Origin: Podarcis bocagei
Taxonomy: Eukaryota
DNA: 64,000 bases
Strand: one strand, 5' to 3'
Assembly (NCBI GenBank): GCA_964188305.1
Contig: OZ076890.1
Shown: positions 12,705-25,134 of the stretch, one piece after another
How the letters are laid out: every line of letters begins with the position of its first letter
How positions within the stretch are numbered: the first letter of the stretch is position 1
The notes under the pieces: model-generated
Databases searched by the model: none
What the model was told of the DNA's origin: nothing
What the model saw: the letters and a program-made list of their open reading frames with translations, nothing else
Made by a program: the position numbers and the translations under genes

Positions 12705-12946
12705 CAGTGGTACCTCGGGTTACATACGCTTCAAGTTACATACGCTTCAGGTTACAGACTCCGCTAATCCAGAAATAGTGCTTCAGGTTAAGAACTTTGC
12801 TTCAGGATGAGAACAGAAATTGTGCTCTGGTGGCGCGGAGGCAGCAGGAGGCCCAATTAGCTAAAGTGGTGCTTCAGGTTAACAACAGTTTCAGGTTAAG
12901 AATGGACCTCCGGAACGAATTAAGTATTTAACCCGAGGTACCACTG
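12705..12946 (+). mobile_element. Tigger-like MITE family B, copy 1
   Basis: TIR CAGTGGTACCTCGGGTTA / TAACCCGAGGTACCACTG, TA TSD; four more copies in the window. Confidence 0.95.
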
Positions 12947-14496
12947 TAGTTGCTTCTGTCTGGCAGAGCTATCCAACCTGTGAGAGACTAGGGGTCTTCT
13001 AAAAGCTCTCCGCACCCTTCACAAACTACAGTTCCCAGGATTTCTTGAGGGATGCAATGACCTTTTAAAGTGGGATGATGAGGCTTCAAATGCATAGTGC
13101 AAGTGCAGCCTTTGAATCAGCCAGTATGAAAGAGCAAGGGCTGAAACTGTGTCAATACACTATGGGGACGGGGAGGACTTGTTTCTGTTATGAAAGGGTA
13201 TCCTTTTGATATAAGCAGGTTTAGAAGAATATTGTGTATCCCCTCCCCCCTCCCCTGGCAGTAAAGAACTCCTTTTCTGAGGGGGTGGTATTTTCTCTAA
13301 ACATTTAACTGTCACTTTCATTTTCCCCTCAGTAATTCTCTGTCTGCAGTATACCTGTGTGTGTGTGCATGCCAAAATTGCTTTTCAAAACTGTATCCCT
13401 TTTCGCTAAGAGACACTTTCCCTTGTTAGCTTGCTTGGGTATATCAAATGCGCAGCACTGTCTTAAGCAACAATTCATAGGCATTTCCATTTTCTGACAC
13501 CAGAAGCATGTAGCGGGAGCAGGGTGTGGAATCTGATACTTCTCTTGTTGCCATAGCTATATGGATTTATTTTCCAATGCACTCTCCAGTCAGGGGATAC
13601 GGTGACATGATTCAAAGGCCTCCGATACAAAAATTGTTTGGAAAGGGTGATAAGAAAGGTTAAAACGACTGCTTGGAGACTGCAGTGGCTTGGAACTAAA
13701 ATAAACTTTGCTTCAGAAGTTGGAGAGTAAAGCTGTATATTAAACAGATGAGCAATATCACAGTGTCTAAATTCACTAGATGACAAATCTTCCAATCTAG
13801 GGTAAAGTAGCAGGCCAAGTTGGCATGAAAGATCATCCTGCATTTCAAGGCAGCAGCAGTGGTTTTGCTGCTGATGCTGTGAGAAACATGACATCATGGA
13901 CTTCTGGGTTAGCGCCATCGGCAATGGCGGAGTTCCTCTGACCGAGAGGAACCTGCTCCGCGAAAATCGGGTCTTGCCGCCGCGGTGAAGGCGGAGACCC
14001 TTCAAAAATCCCAGGCAGAGGAAGCCTGGAAATGTGGGATTCGGCTGACACCAAGAGAGTGCCTCCCCTACTCGCGGGGAAACCCTTTTTCGGGGTCCCG
14101 AAGCGAAGTGGGGTGAGTGGCGCGGTGTTTTGAATCGACCGCTACTTTTACGGAGTGAAGCCGCACAGCCGTTGCCGGAGAGCGCTGACTTTTTCCTGTG
14201 GACAATTGGACTCTAAACAACTACCCGTGAGTAGAACGGAAAATTGGACTACGAAACATTTTAATTTGGCACCGAAGTGGGAAGGTTCTAAACAGGAAGT
14301 CCGCCTTCCGCTTTTGTAAATAGATTAAAGCAAAATTTTGCAAGCTAAAGTCTGGAAAGTCGTATATAAAGGACTAAATTTCCTTCAGTTAATACTACCA
14401 AAACCCCTCTTGGAAGCAGGAGAAGAGGAGGGGGAATTTTAGATTGTTTAAGCCTGCAGGAGAAGAGAGTAAAGAAAGATAAATTTCAACTGTCTC

Positions 14497-14576
14497 AAAC
14501 CTGGGAACGGGGTGTCAGAGACAGACGTTTTGGGGAAACCTGGGAACGGGGTGTCAGAGACAGACGTTTTGGGGAA
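14497..14576 (+). repeat. Perfect 39-bp tandem duplication inside the L1-like insert
   Basis: AAACCTGGGAACGGGGTGTCAGAGACAGACGTTTTGGGG x2. Confidence 0.95.
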
Positions 14577-14864
14577 GTTCATTGACTGTGAATGAAACGT
14601 CTTTTGACAGATAGTTAAAAAAGAGAAACATATTGATTCCAATGTTGCCTTTTGCATTTAAAAGAAACAAAATATTTGAAAAATGAAAGTAATTTTTTTT
14701 TGTTGGACCTGCTTTTAAAAGATGGATACAAATAGAAATTGTCTCCTCTAGAGGGAGCTTGTTAAACTGTTGCTGGAGTCGATCTGGGAAATTCCACAGC
14801 TGTGGAGATTAAGGATTGTGAGACCAGACTTTGACCTTGGACAAGAATGTGCTTAGAATAAGTT

Positions 14865-15350
14865 TTGGTGCTTGCTTTTTGCAAGACAAGCGCTTTGTTG
14901 GAGCAGCTGCATGAGAAGATGGATTTGATGACTGTTGCAGTCAGTAATTTTGGACAAACAGTGAATACGCATATAGAAACCATTCAGGAACCAACCCAGG
15001 AATCTGCTTTGACAGGGCAAATGCAGAAGAAAATGGAGGAGGCTGTTGTTGAACCTCAACTAACACAAATGGAGAGACCCGAGGCCCTGCAGGAGCATAA
15101 ACTGCAGTCTTTGAAGACTGAACCTGGAGAAAGTCAGATTTGGAGAGATGGAGTACTGTTTGGTTTGGAGATGGGAAGTTGGATGGATCCCCCTATCCAG
15201 GGCCGTTTTGGCTCTTGGGATTTGGTTTTGGGCCAGGGGGGGTCTGGAGTTGTGGGGGCTCTTAACTTTGGAGGGACTTTGAAACATGCTTTCAAATACT
15301 TTTTGGATTACAGTGCTGACTGTGGAGAATGGGCTGACCTGTTGGAATGA
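14865..15350 (+). pseudogene. Decayed ORF of the L1-like insert (possibly ORF1p coiled-coil derived)
   Basis: 161 codons, heptad-like LLEQLHEKMDLMTVAVSNFGQTVNTHIETIQE; same frame continues upstream through two stops (TAA, TGA). Confidence 0.4.
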
Positions 15351-17208
15351 AACTATTTGGCTTTAGTAGAAACGATATAAGGAGTTATGTATAAATAAGT
15401 ATTAAGTTTTAAGTTTAAGTTTCAAGGCTTTTTATGGTAAGATAAGGTTAAAATAAATTAAGGTAATTTAATGACAGAATACAGTGAAAGATGGAAAGGA
15501 TTTGCTGAGTTAATTAATAGGTTAGACCGTTAAGATAAATTATAGAATAAAAATTGAGAAAGATGGAAAGAATTTGCTGAAACAATTAATTGAATTAGAA
15601 TACAAAAAGGGAGGTGTGAGGAGGTCGATGAAACAAGTAAATGAAAGATAAAGATATGGAATATGGATGTGTGTTTTAATGTTATTGTTCTTTTTTGCTG
15701 TATTGTTGTATTGTTTTTATGCTTTTTTTCTTTATGTATTGTAATGTATGTCCTGTTAATTTTTTTTGTTTTCTTTTTTTCTTTTTTCTGTAATTTTTAA
15801 ACTTCTAATAAATATCATTAAAAAGAGAGAGAGAGAGAGAGAGAGAAACATGACATTGTGGTGCAACATTGTGGTTATCCATGCCAGAGTAGTAGCTCTT
15901 AAGCCATGTCTCTTTGGAAGGTTTGGTGTCAACACCTGGCACAACTGGGCATCTTCTGGGGCCACAGCTGGACCTACCATGTTTGCCAACCAAATAACAT
16001 GTTCATTTCACACAGTGCCCCAGATTGATGTTTCAGAGCCCAGTGCTGATCACATTACTGTCTGTGGCTGGCACCAGGGGACAACTAATAGAGGATTGGT
16101 TCCACAAGAGGGCATTTTGCTGATGGTCCCTCAAAGCAAGAGCAGGCCATGTTCCTCATCGGAAGGAAATCTGCAAGTCACTGGATGGCTATGTAGATAA
16201 AAGGAGATCACCCTGTGTATTCTGCTCAGAGCTCCTTGAAGGGACACAAATGATGTTCTAAATTTTCAATCTTATTGTTTTAAATGTTTTTAACTGTTTT
16301 AACCTGGTTTGTTTAATTGAATACTTTAATGTTCTGTGCAATTTAAGATTAATATTCAATTTATAGCTGTGAACTGCTTAGAGGCCATTTTGGCATATAA
16401 GTGGTACGATAATAATAATACGAATAAAAACAGCAGTATATAACTTTTTAGGGAAGCATTGCACTTCTTTCTTCTATGAAACAGTTAAACATGCAGCTCT
16501 CTACCCATCAGGTCCATCACTACTGAAAAAATGTTTTAAGCCTTTTGCGATTTGGCCAATTTTGTATTTTGACCATGTGAAGTGTGTGCGTGTGTCTTCC
16601 ATTGTTTTATTTCCTTAGAATACATGTAAGTGGCATTTAGAAAAACGAATTGTTCTCCTGCTCAATAGTTTAAACAAGTAATGAAAGTTCTATACAATTC
16701 ATACCTGGTAACGAAAACAAAAATTTGAACCCAGTGTTTTCTGCTGTTTGCTTCCAGCTGCTCTTTTGGGTTCCCCTTTTTGTTGGTCAATTCAAACACG
16801 GCATGGAATTTGTTTGATGTAATTGGCACTCAGATGTCTGCAGGTGCAACAGTAATTCCCAAGTTGCTGACTCTTCACCATCTGAGAGCACACCTGCCGA
16901 GTTGAATGCTAAGGCAGGTGTCTGGCAGCTGCTTTATCTCCCCATAGCTGATAGATTTTTGGAAGCAGTGGTTGCATGACTTCTGCCCACCTTGCTCTTT
17001 TGAACTCAAACTAGTACCTAGTCTGTGACTCTGTTCCTTCAGCATGCAATCACCTTTCCTCTATCAAACAGATACAATGTGTGCTATGAAAATCCTGGCG
17101 TTCAGTGCCAAATAAATAAAGGCAAATAAAACAAATTGGGCATCCGGTATTAATAGATTTTTGATTTGCTCACAATCTCCATGTTGGTTCCTATATATTT
17201 GTTAAAAA

Positions 17209-17347
17209 AAGGATGGGGAACCCTGTGGACTCTAGCCCCCAGGTATTGTTGGAATCCCACCCACCTCAGTCCGCATGATCAGTGATCAGATAGGATGGAA
17301 GCTGAAATCCAGCAATACTTGGAGGGCCAAAGGTTTACCACCACTGT
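17209..17347. mobile_element. Short hAT-type palindromic MITE (family C)
   Basis: GGGGAACCCTGTGG...GGAGGGCCAAAGGTTTACCACCACTG; related to copies at 20509, 31488, 60266, 62986. Confidence 0.65.
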
Positions 17348-18143
17348 GTTAGAGGTAAAATTAGTTTGGGTACCTCAGCACCCCTTCTCCCCAGTCAATC
17401 AGCAACCCTGTTTGGAAACTGAAAGCGTTCCTTTGCCTGCCTGCCTGCCTACCAAGTTGCAGTCCCTCCCTATAAACAGAGGTGTTCTTTTCAGGGAAGC
17501 TTAAAGCCAAGCGTGAATTTCACATGGTGTCTGCATTCCAAATAAAGGCTTCATTTTAAGTACAGCTTTCGGAATAATCCCTTTGCTTTCCTGTACACAG
17601 AACAACTGCAACATTGTCATGCTGAATCCTCTATCAAATCCTGTTACATCAAGTCACGAGGGTTCTGTTTCCAAAAATAGGTACAGGAAATAAAAACCCA
17701 AAGCAGGTTCCCCCCCCCCCCGCTCACTTGTCTTTTGAACTCATGTTGATTTAACTCCTGAACCAAGAGCAGAATTTGCCTTTATCACGTGGGAATGCTT
17801 GAAGGAAAATTATATATTTTTCTTTCTTTTAGAAATTAAGTGCCACTATCCCTTGATGAAAATGCTTTTCTCAGGGGAGTTAATTAGCAGCCTTACCCAC
17901 AGCATATTAGCCTTCAATGCTCTGCTGTCACACAGGACCAGCCTAGAAATACCAGCTGATGTTAATTTATGAACCCATTTTTTAAACAAGTCACAAGTCA
18001 ATGCCAATCACAGACACGTAAAAACAATAAATCACAAAGACTGCGTTTACACAGCAGTTTATTCAGTTTTCCTAACGGTTAGCTTTTGCAATATATTTGA
18101 GCTTTCACATGATACAAAAGCAACTCCTGGAAATTTAGTGGAA

Positions 18144-18560
18144 TCTTCTTCTTCAGTGATCAGTCATAGCCGACTAAGATTGTCTTCCATGAACACAGCT
18201 TTAGCAGTGAGTCCATAATTCTGGATCCACACATCCTTCCACAGTGGGGACATGAGTTTCCGGGTGAGAGTTGATCAAGTTGAGAGTTTGCCAAATGTGC
18301 CTTCCTCTTAGCATGTTTCTCTCTTTCATCCTGAGTTTGAGTGTCTTCAAAGCCCATGACACCTTTGGTAAAGGTTGTTCTCCAACTGGAGCGCTTGCAG
18401 GCCAGTGTTCCCCAGTTGTCAGTGTTTAAACTACATTTTAAAAGATTTGCCTTGAGAGAGTCTTTAAACTTCTTTTGTTGATCACCAGCATTACACTTTC
18501 CATTTTTAAGTTTGGAATAAAGTAGTTGCTTTGGAAGGCGATAATCAGGCATCCGAACAA
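18144..18560 (-). mobile_element. RTE-clade LINE 3' fragment
   Basis: ORF RLPKQLLYSKLKNGK..KKFKDSLKANL..RSSWR..CPHCGRMCGSRI is the typical RTE C-terminus; (GAA)n tail. Confidence 0.88.
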
Positions 18561-19223
18561 CAGGGAATATAGTGGCAGTTTAACTCTCATTTTTGTGTTA
18601 ATCACTTCCAGAAAAAAAACAATTTGTAACCCCATCAACCCCAAAAATTGCAGAAGTGACAAAATGTGTGGGTGAAATACTGGCATATTGTTTTTTTTCT
18701 GCTACTTTCATTGGGAAACTGAAGTACACACTTGTGTGGAAAGGATAGGGGAGTAGCAACATGGTCCAATGACAATTGTTATAGTGTCACACCAACCTCA
18801 CTGGGGTGAATGAAATTTAGTATGACATGCCAGTATGCTAAAGTCACAGTTCCGTAATACAACAGGTACTGCAGTTTGAAATGAATGCTAGAAAGAAGAT
18901 GCACTAGCAGTGTAAGCAGGAAAACTAATGCAGTACCCCCCACATAAATGCTACTGATTTCCAGCATAATTCTATTAGGATGGCCAGCTGAAATGAGGAA
19001 AAAGCTCCTACACCTTTAAGAGTAGAATACATGAAACTTTGGATTTGTTTCAGGTATTCCCCACAACACAAGCACATGTCTTAAAGGGTTAAAAAGCTTT
19101 ACTTCCTTCCCAGTAATTTTCCTTCCCAGTATTTCCTTCCCATGGCTAAAGATACAGTGCCCATGAGAAGTGCCCATAATCTGTATTGCATTTCCAGAAT
19201 CTTTAGGCAAGGAGAAGCCTTAC

Positions 19224-19274
19224 CTCCTGAAAGAGAACAGCACCCTCTTCTGGAAGAATTAGACAACTGTCTCC
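19224..19274 (-). CDS. Candidate 51-nt symmetric exon (xRQLSNSSRRGCCSLSG or GDSCLILPEEGAVLFQE)
   Basis: Strong tract TTTTTCCCCCTTCTCTTTTGACAG and donor GAG|GTAAGG; length divisible by 3; phase-1 reading joins in frame to 11944-12035. Confidence 0.5.
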
Positions 19275-19319
19275 CTGTCAAAAGAGAAGGGGGAAAAAGT
19301 CACTTCAAACTTCTAAATA

Positions 19320-19577
19320 CGGTGGTACCTCAGGTTAAGTACTTAATTCATTCCAGAGGTCCGTTCTTAACCTGAAACTGTTCTTAACCTGAAGCACCAC
19401 TTTAGATAATGGGGCCTCCCGCTGCTGCTGCGCCGCTGGAGCATGATTTCTGTTCTCATCCTGAAGGAAAGTTCTTAACCTAAGGTACTATTTCTGGGTT
19501 AGTGGAGTCTGTAACCTGAAGCGTATGTAACCTGAAGCGTATGTAACCTGAAGCGTATGTAACCCGAGGTACCACTG
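19320..19577 (-). mobile_element. Tigger-like MITE family B, copy 2
   Basis: Same TIR, TA TSD; three copies of the 16-bp subterminal repeat. Confidence 0.95.
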
Positions 19578-19747
19578 TACTCACTTGCAAGCTGGTGTTC
19601 CACACCCTGTAGCCATAGGAAATAAACTTGGTAGCTTCACTGATAAGCTGTATTTGATGTAGGGGGGCGTGGGGGGGAGATTCATGTCTGAAACTGGAGG
19701 GTTATTGTCACTAAGTGTTTGCAATATTGGGCTTGAGGGGCTAAAGG

Positions 19748-19873
19748 CAGGGCTTTTTTTCATCCGAAACTCAGTTCTGACACCTATCAGGTGGGTGCCA
19801 TTGACATTATAAGCAAACAAGTGAGGCGCTCATGGTGAGTTCTGAAACCTCTTTTTCTAGAAAAATAGCACTG
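19748..19873. mobile_element. Short hAT-like MITE
   Basis: CAGGGCTTTTTTTC...GAAAAATAGCACTG imperfect TIRs. Confidence 0.6.
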
Positions 19874-20508
19874 ACTTGGGCTGCCTTCACATGATAGTTT
19901 ATTCCATGTTCACGACTTTCCCCTAACTGTTGAATTCTGTGTTATATTTGAGCTCATGATGTAAGCTACTTCTGGAATTAGGTTTAATGCTTGTTTCTGT
20001 GTCATTTGCTTCCAGAAAAGACCCATTTGCAAATAATAAGGAAATGCGTGTAGAAGTGGCTTTTACATCATGTGAAAGTTCATATAAAATGTGGAAATTT
20101 ACAGTTAGGAAAAGGTCGTGAAAATGGAATAAACTGCCATGTGAATGCAAGCTCAGTATATGGCAGTTTCCTAAGTTCCTAAAGCGGAGAAGTTTCACTA
20201 AGCTATAATTTACATTGTTCTCCTTCTTGACAGGTACCAAATGTAAAACAGTAATGATTCCTTAACTGATTAGCTGAAAGTATTTTATAGAAACCTTTAG
20301 TCAATTAATGGGCTGGATGAAGTGATTAAAAATACAGTGATTAAGAGAATGACACTGCAGGTTCAGGATGAGGTGAGCATCTTTCTGTACACCTAACCTC
20401 AAACCTTAGCTATCTGTCAAATGAGAGAATTGCACCACGCTGCTTTTTTTTATTTCTAAAAAAGAGAGAGTTAAATATAGATCTGTTAGCAAATGAAATC
20501 GCATACAT

Positions 20509-20619
20509 CAGGGGTGGGAAACCAGTGGCCCTCAAAATTTGCTGAACTCCAGTTTCCAACAGGGATGATTGGAGTTGCGTTCTAGTGATAGCTGGAGAAG
20601 CCCAGGTTCCCCACCTCTG
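20509..20619. mobile_element. Short hAT-type palindromic MITE (family C)
   Basis: TIR CAGGGGTGGGAAACC / GGTTCCCCACCTCTG. Confidence 0.75.
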
Positions 20620-20867
20620 ATTTACAATTATACAGCACTCACTTAGAAAGTTAAAAGTATATAACAGATAATAGTTCAAAAATAATTGCACTATAATACA
20701 ATTTTAAAAATATAAAACAAATCTAGTAAACCTATCCAGTAAAAACAGCACAGCACCATTAAACGCACTTTCCTTGAATGAGTCTGTCCCCCAAAGTCTG
20801 CCAGAATAAAACTGCCTTCACCTTCTGAGGGAAGGACAAATAGAGAGCCAGTCTAGCCTCACTAGGA

Positions 20868-21440
20868 TGTCAGGAGCTGGAGTAAGGTGTAGGATAGCAA
20901 TAAAACATGCAGTGTCAGTGAAGTTAACTCTTTATTTTTTATTTTTTTTAAAAAAAGCTCAGGCCTAGTGATCACAGCAACTCTTCCCAGTAGATCTTGC
21001 CCTAATGAGGCAGTTGCGAGGACTGAAGATCCCTGCCTTCCCATCGCTCCCTAAGACTCTCCCTCCCCCTGGCCCTTCCCAAGCAATCTAAGACTCCTTC
21101 ATTGTCTCTCTTTGCTCTGCCCTCTTCATTCCTCTATGTGTTCTGGGAGAACAGAGGGGAGGGGAGCTGGTTACAGCAGGAGAGGGAAAATCCCTGGAAT
21201 TGTTCAACAGCCTGCCTCATCTCTGCCTCTTGGCCCCGCTCCTCTCCAACCTCAGCTTCTGCGTCTCATTCTGGGCTACTATCTGCCACAGTCTCTCCCT
21301 GCTCACTAAACCCTGTTGCCTCTTCAGCTTCTGAATCATCCTCCTCCCACTCTGTCCCTTCTTCTCCCTCTGACCACTCAGTGTTGTCCCACCACCTGGC
21401 ACTGATCCTTCTTCCCCTGGCAGTTCCTTTGCAGATTCCC
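20868..21440 (-). mobile_element. LTR-like element inserted in a decayed L2 3' end
   Basis: TGTCAGGA terminus, minus-strand AATAAA near 20932, pyrimidine-rich body like 3581-4073; L2-like flanks; right end approximate. Confidence 0.5.
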
Positions 21441-23362
21441 CTGCTGGTGCTTCCACTGAGAGACTGAGAGAAGAGCCTCCAGATTTGGGCCCTGGGCAGG
21501 TTTGTAGTAGGGAATATGGTCCTTCAGATAGCATGGGCATAAACCATATAAGGCTTGAACATGATTCAGACACTAAGTTCTCATCCCCCACCCAAGTGGG
21601 AGGTTTAAGTAGTATATATTTTACTTTCCTGTAAAACCATTTGAGCAAAAATGCTTACATTTAGCTGGATCATGCCCATTGCTTTCTATCTCCTCAGTGC
21701 TAAGCATACATTTGCTCTGGATTAGTTTCCAAGCATGCTTTTCTTTAGAGTGCTACTATACTCTTGTTATGATTAAGCTTTTTTGTGCTAAGCACTTGAT
21801 GATCATGCTGTAATTTCTGAATGTATTACTTTACACATTTATTTATTAATTTTAAATATTTTTTGTTATATTTTCATGCTGCCTCTAGTGGCTGGTTTTA
21901 TGAACTGCTTGTTTCCTGCCCAGCCAAGACATTTTCACACCTGTTAGCTTGGACTAAGGAAAACATTTATCTTTTAAAATGTGATCCAAATGGTTATTGT
22001 GCCCAGCATGTGAGAGAATATTTGTTGCCTTGGCAGCTGCATCTTAGCTGAGCTGCATAGTTCACATTAACAGGAACACATAAAGGGTTATGTGTACAAC
22101 TGTGATAACAGCACAGTTGCACTCTGGTTGTTAAAGTTATCCTCCGGAATGCATATGTTGGTAAACTGTGCCAGCATCATGACTTTGAGTGTAATTGGCA
22201 GCTGGGGAATGATTCTGTGTTATAAAAGATGGTCATTTGGCAGGGGTAGGTTCTTGGCAAAAGCTTCACATTTGTCAAAGGAAAGTTAGGAGAACCTTGA
22301 ACACACCAGGAAAGACATGAGCAATTGGCACAGCAGTAGCATCTGTCTGAGTATTTATAGGACAGATGGCATCTGCTGCAGGGACTTTAGCTTCCTTCTG
22401 CCACTCAACATTTTCTTAATGGTAGTACCAGCAGCAGCTCTGTGGCTCATGGTATCACAGCATCCATTTCATTTTTTGAAAAAAATACTGCTTCAGTCAT
22501 CAAAAGTGTCTGTGCTTGTTTGACTGAAAGCTAGAACAAATTTGCTCACTAAATACTATGCTGTAACCTTTTAATCAATCCTTCTATTTCTGATGCTCCG
22601 GCTTTGAGTCCCATTGAGTATGTAGCCGAAACAAGCCTCAACTACCTGGAAGGGTATCAGCAGGCTCAGGAAAATGCCAAAGTTTGCAGAAGTACAAAAA
22701 GCAATCTATTTGACATCTATATTTAACACCGGAGAGCATTTTGCTTTCAGCTTTTGATGCTTAACAATAGTTGGCATGTAATGGGACTTGATGGCTGACA
22801 TGCAATGGTATTTCATATATGACAATATTTGATGATTGGCATGTCTTTGACAGCTGGGAGGTAATGGTATATGGTATTTAGTATTTGAAATATTTAACAG
22901 CAAGCATGTTCTAAGAGATTCTCTTTCATGCCTGCACAGGTAATCAAGAGATGAGATGGCACATTCAGAGCCCAGCTTCCACTTTGGAATGCTTTTTGTT
23001 ACAAGTTAATGGAATTTGCAGACATACTAGCCCCTCCTGGTTAGATAAAGCCTACCAATCATCAAATAAATAGGTTCTGGGTGTTTCTTTCTTTCTTTTT
23101 CTTTTTGTTGTCTAAAACTTTATCGTTTAGCATAATCAGATGAAATTTGCAGGTGTGCTCGCACCTTCTGTTCAGATGAACACTGTAAAATATCAGACAG
23201 ATGGGTGCAGGTATTTTTGTGCAAGTCACCTTTAAATTTAGAATCGAGACATCTTCCTTGGATTTAGGTGGAAAGGAGAAACAAAACTGGATATTATCAG
23301 CATACTAGTGATACCCAACCCCAAATCTCCGGACAACCTCTTTCTGTGGTTTCATGTAAATA

Positions 23363-23615
23363 CAGTGGTGCCCCGCAAGATGAATGCCTCACAAGACAAA
23401 AAACTCGCTAGACGAAAGGGTTTTTCGGTTTTGCGTTGCTTCACTAGACGAATTTCCCTATGGGCTTGCTTCGCAAGACGAAAACGTCTTGCGCTTTTTT
23501 TAAAAAGCCGCTTGAAGAGGCGCAGTTGCGACGGACGGTGCTTCGCAAGACGAAAAACATCGCAAGACGAAAAGACTCGTGGAACGAATTCTTTTCGTCT
23601 TGCGAGGCACCACTG
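23363..23615. mobile_element. Tigger-like element family A, short internally deleted form (253 bp)
   Basis: TIR CAGTGGTGCCCCGCAAGA / TCTTGCGAGGCACCACTG, TA TSD; ends shared with 4466-5142 in opposite orientation. Confidence 0.9.
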
Positions 23616-24099
23616 TAGTTTAATGGCTAGATGTCTGGAGGTAATATCGTTACTGAATATAAGAAGAAAAAAACAGCCAGTCCTTGCAGTTGAAGCTGGG
23701 AACCCGCAAAGAGCCATGATTTTGCTCTCTGTGCTCTGAATCCAGAGCTATGGCTTGGAGTGTGCGAGTACAGGACCTTAGACCCCTACTGATTATGGTA
23801 TATATGGATGCTCTTATATTCTGATATTACAAGTCCTTTCTGTGGAAGTCACAAACCAGATGCTTATGGGTACAAACTGTTGTGTTGGCTGAAGTATGGA
23901 ATTTGAAAAGAAGAAGTGAAACGATGGACACAGAGATCTGAGTGAAAGGGCATGACTGATGGAAAGATTCCAAAAGCTAATATAGGAGCACTGATAGTTG
24001 GCATTGCAAGTACATTCAAGTGCACATGTCAGGATAAGACCACAGATGCCCAACAAGAATGGGGAAGTGAAATTGCAGGCAAGGAGAAAAGTTAGAATA

Positions 24100-24341
24100 C
24101 AGTGGTACCTCGGGTTACATATGCTTCAGGTTACATACGCTTCAGGTTACAGACTCCACTAACCCAGAAATAGTGCTTCAGGTTAAGAACTTTGCTTCAG
24201 GATGAGAACAGAAATCATGCTCCAGCGGCGCGGTGGCAGCAGGAGGCCCCATTAGCTAAAGTGGTGCTTCAGGTTAAGAACAGTTTCAGGTTAAGAACGG
24301 ACCTCCGGAACAAATTAAGTACTTAACCCGAGGTACCACTG
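24100..24341 (+). mobile_element. Tigger-like MITE family B, copy 3
   Basis: Same TIR, TA TSD. Confidence 0.95.
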
Positions 24342-24377
24342 TACAGGGGTATGAGTAAGAAATTGTGGTCAGATATA

Positions 24378-24535
24378 TAGCAGTCTGAAAGCATGTCAAA
24401 GTGCAAGTAGATAAATAGGTACTGCTCTGGCGGGAAGGTAAATGCCGTTTCCGTGCGCTGCTCTCGTTCTCCAGAAGTGGCATAGTCATGCTGGCCACGT
24501 GACCCGGAAGCTGTACGCAGGCTCCCTCGGCCAGT
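24378..24535 (+). mobile_element. Sauria SINE internal fragment
   Basis: GTGCAAGTAGATAAATAGGTAC...GACCCGGAAGCTGTACG. Confidence 0.88.
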
Positions 24536-24923
24536 TAGGGTGGTTGAGAAGACAGTCTGGAGTTAGAAGAGACAGAGAAGATAAGTCTGTGGGTTGGGCT
24601 AGTCTGGTGTGAGAAAGTGAGAGAATTTGTTAAGAGGAGTCAGTCAAACAGTTGCAATAATCAGTCAGAAGGTAATAGGAAGGTATAGGCTGGCAATGAA
24701 ACTAAAGTTAAGATACTGACAGGAATATTATCTGGAGGGAAAATAAATTTGTTAATGTTTGTAAAATAAACTTGGTTTTTTTGTTTTGTTCACTTTCAAC
24801 TACTGACTGGACTCAGTGTCTTACCAGAGAGTAACTGGTTGGTGGCAGCGGGGAAGCAAGCACAATGGTGGCACAGGGATCAATAGATCGTTAAAAGTCT
24901 GGGGACCCTGTGTGATCGCCACA
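24536..24923 (+). mobile_element. 3' portion of an LTR (Gypsy-like)
   Basis: AATAAA signals then a U5-like tail ending GATCGCCACA; 5' end not seen. Confidence 0.45.
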
Positions 24924-25134
24924 GATGTCAAGAATGATGAACTATCAGTTTCAAGAGCATCTGTGAAAATGAAAACTAGGTATGACACCCCCCAGGGGAT
25001 GGGTTGGGCTATTTCGGTACTTAGCCAATCAGATACCAGAGGGTAGTGTCATAGTTTAGAGATCCAAAGAAGTAGGACCCAGATTGTGTCATCAGTTTCA
25101 GAGCCACCTGTTCCAAAATTGGATTCCCACATAC

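Larger units (their letters stand above)
13895..15842 (+). mobile_element. Non-autonomous L1-like (HAL1-like) retro-insert, ~1.95 kb
   Basis: 14-bp TSD GAGAAACATGACAT (13881-13894, 15843-15856), CpG-rich 5' end with an AATGGCGG YY1-like site, T-rich 3'UTR, AATAAA 15807-15812, A/(GA)n tail; no RT motif. Confidence 0.8.

Noticed and set aside
13475-14005. 176-aa minus-strand ORF
   Set aside because: Crosses the junction of the retro-insert, no recognisable homology, no clear splice boundaries
22590-22632. Hammerhead-like CTGATG...GCCGAAAC
   Set aside because: Core is CUGAUGC rather than CUGANGA, and stems I and III cannot be formed
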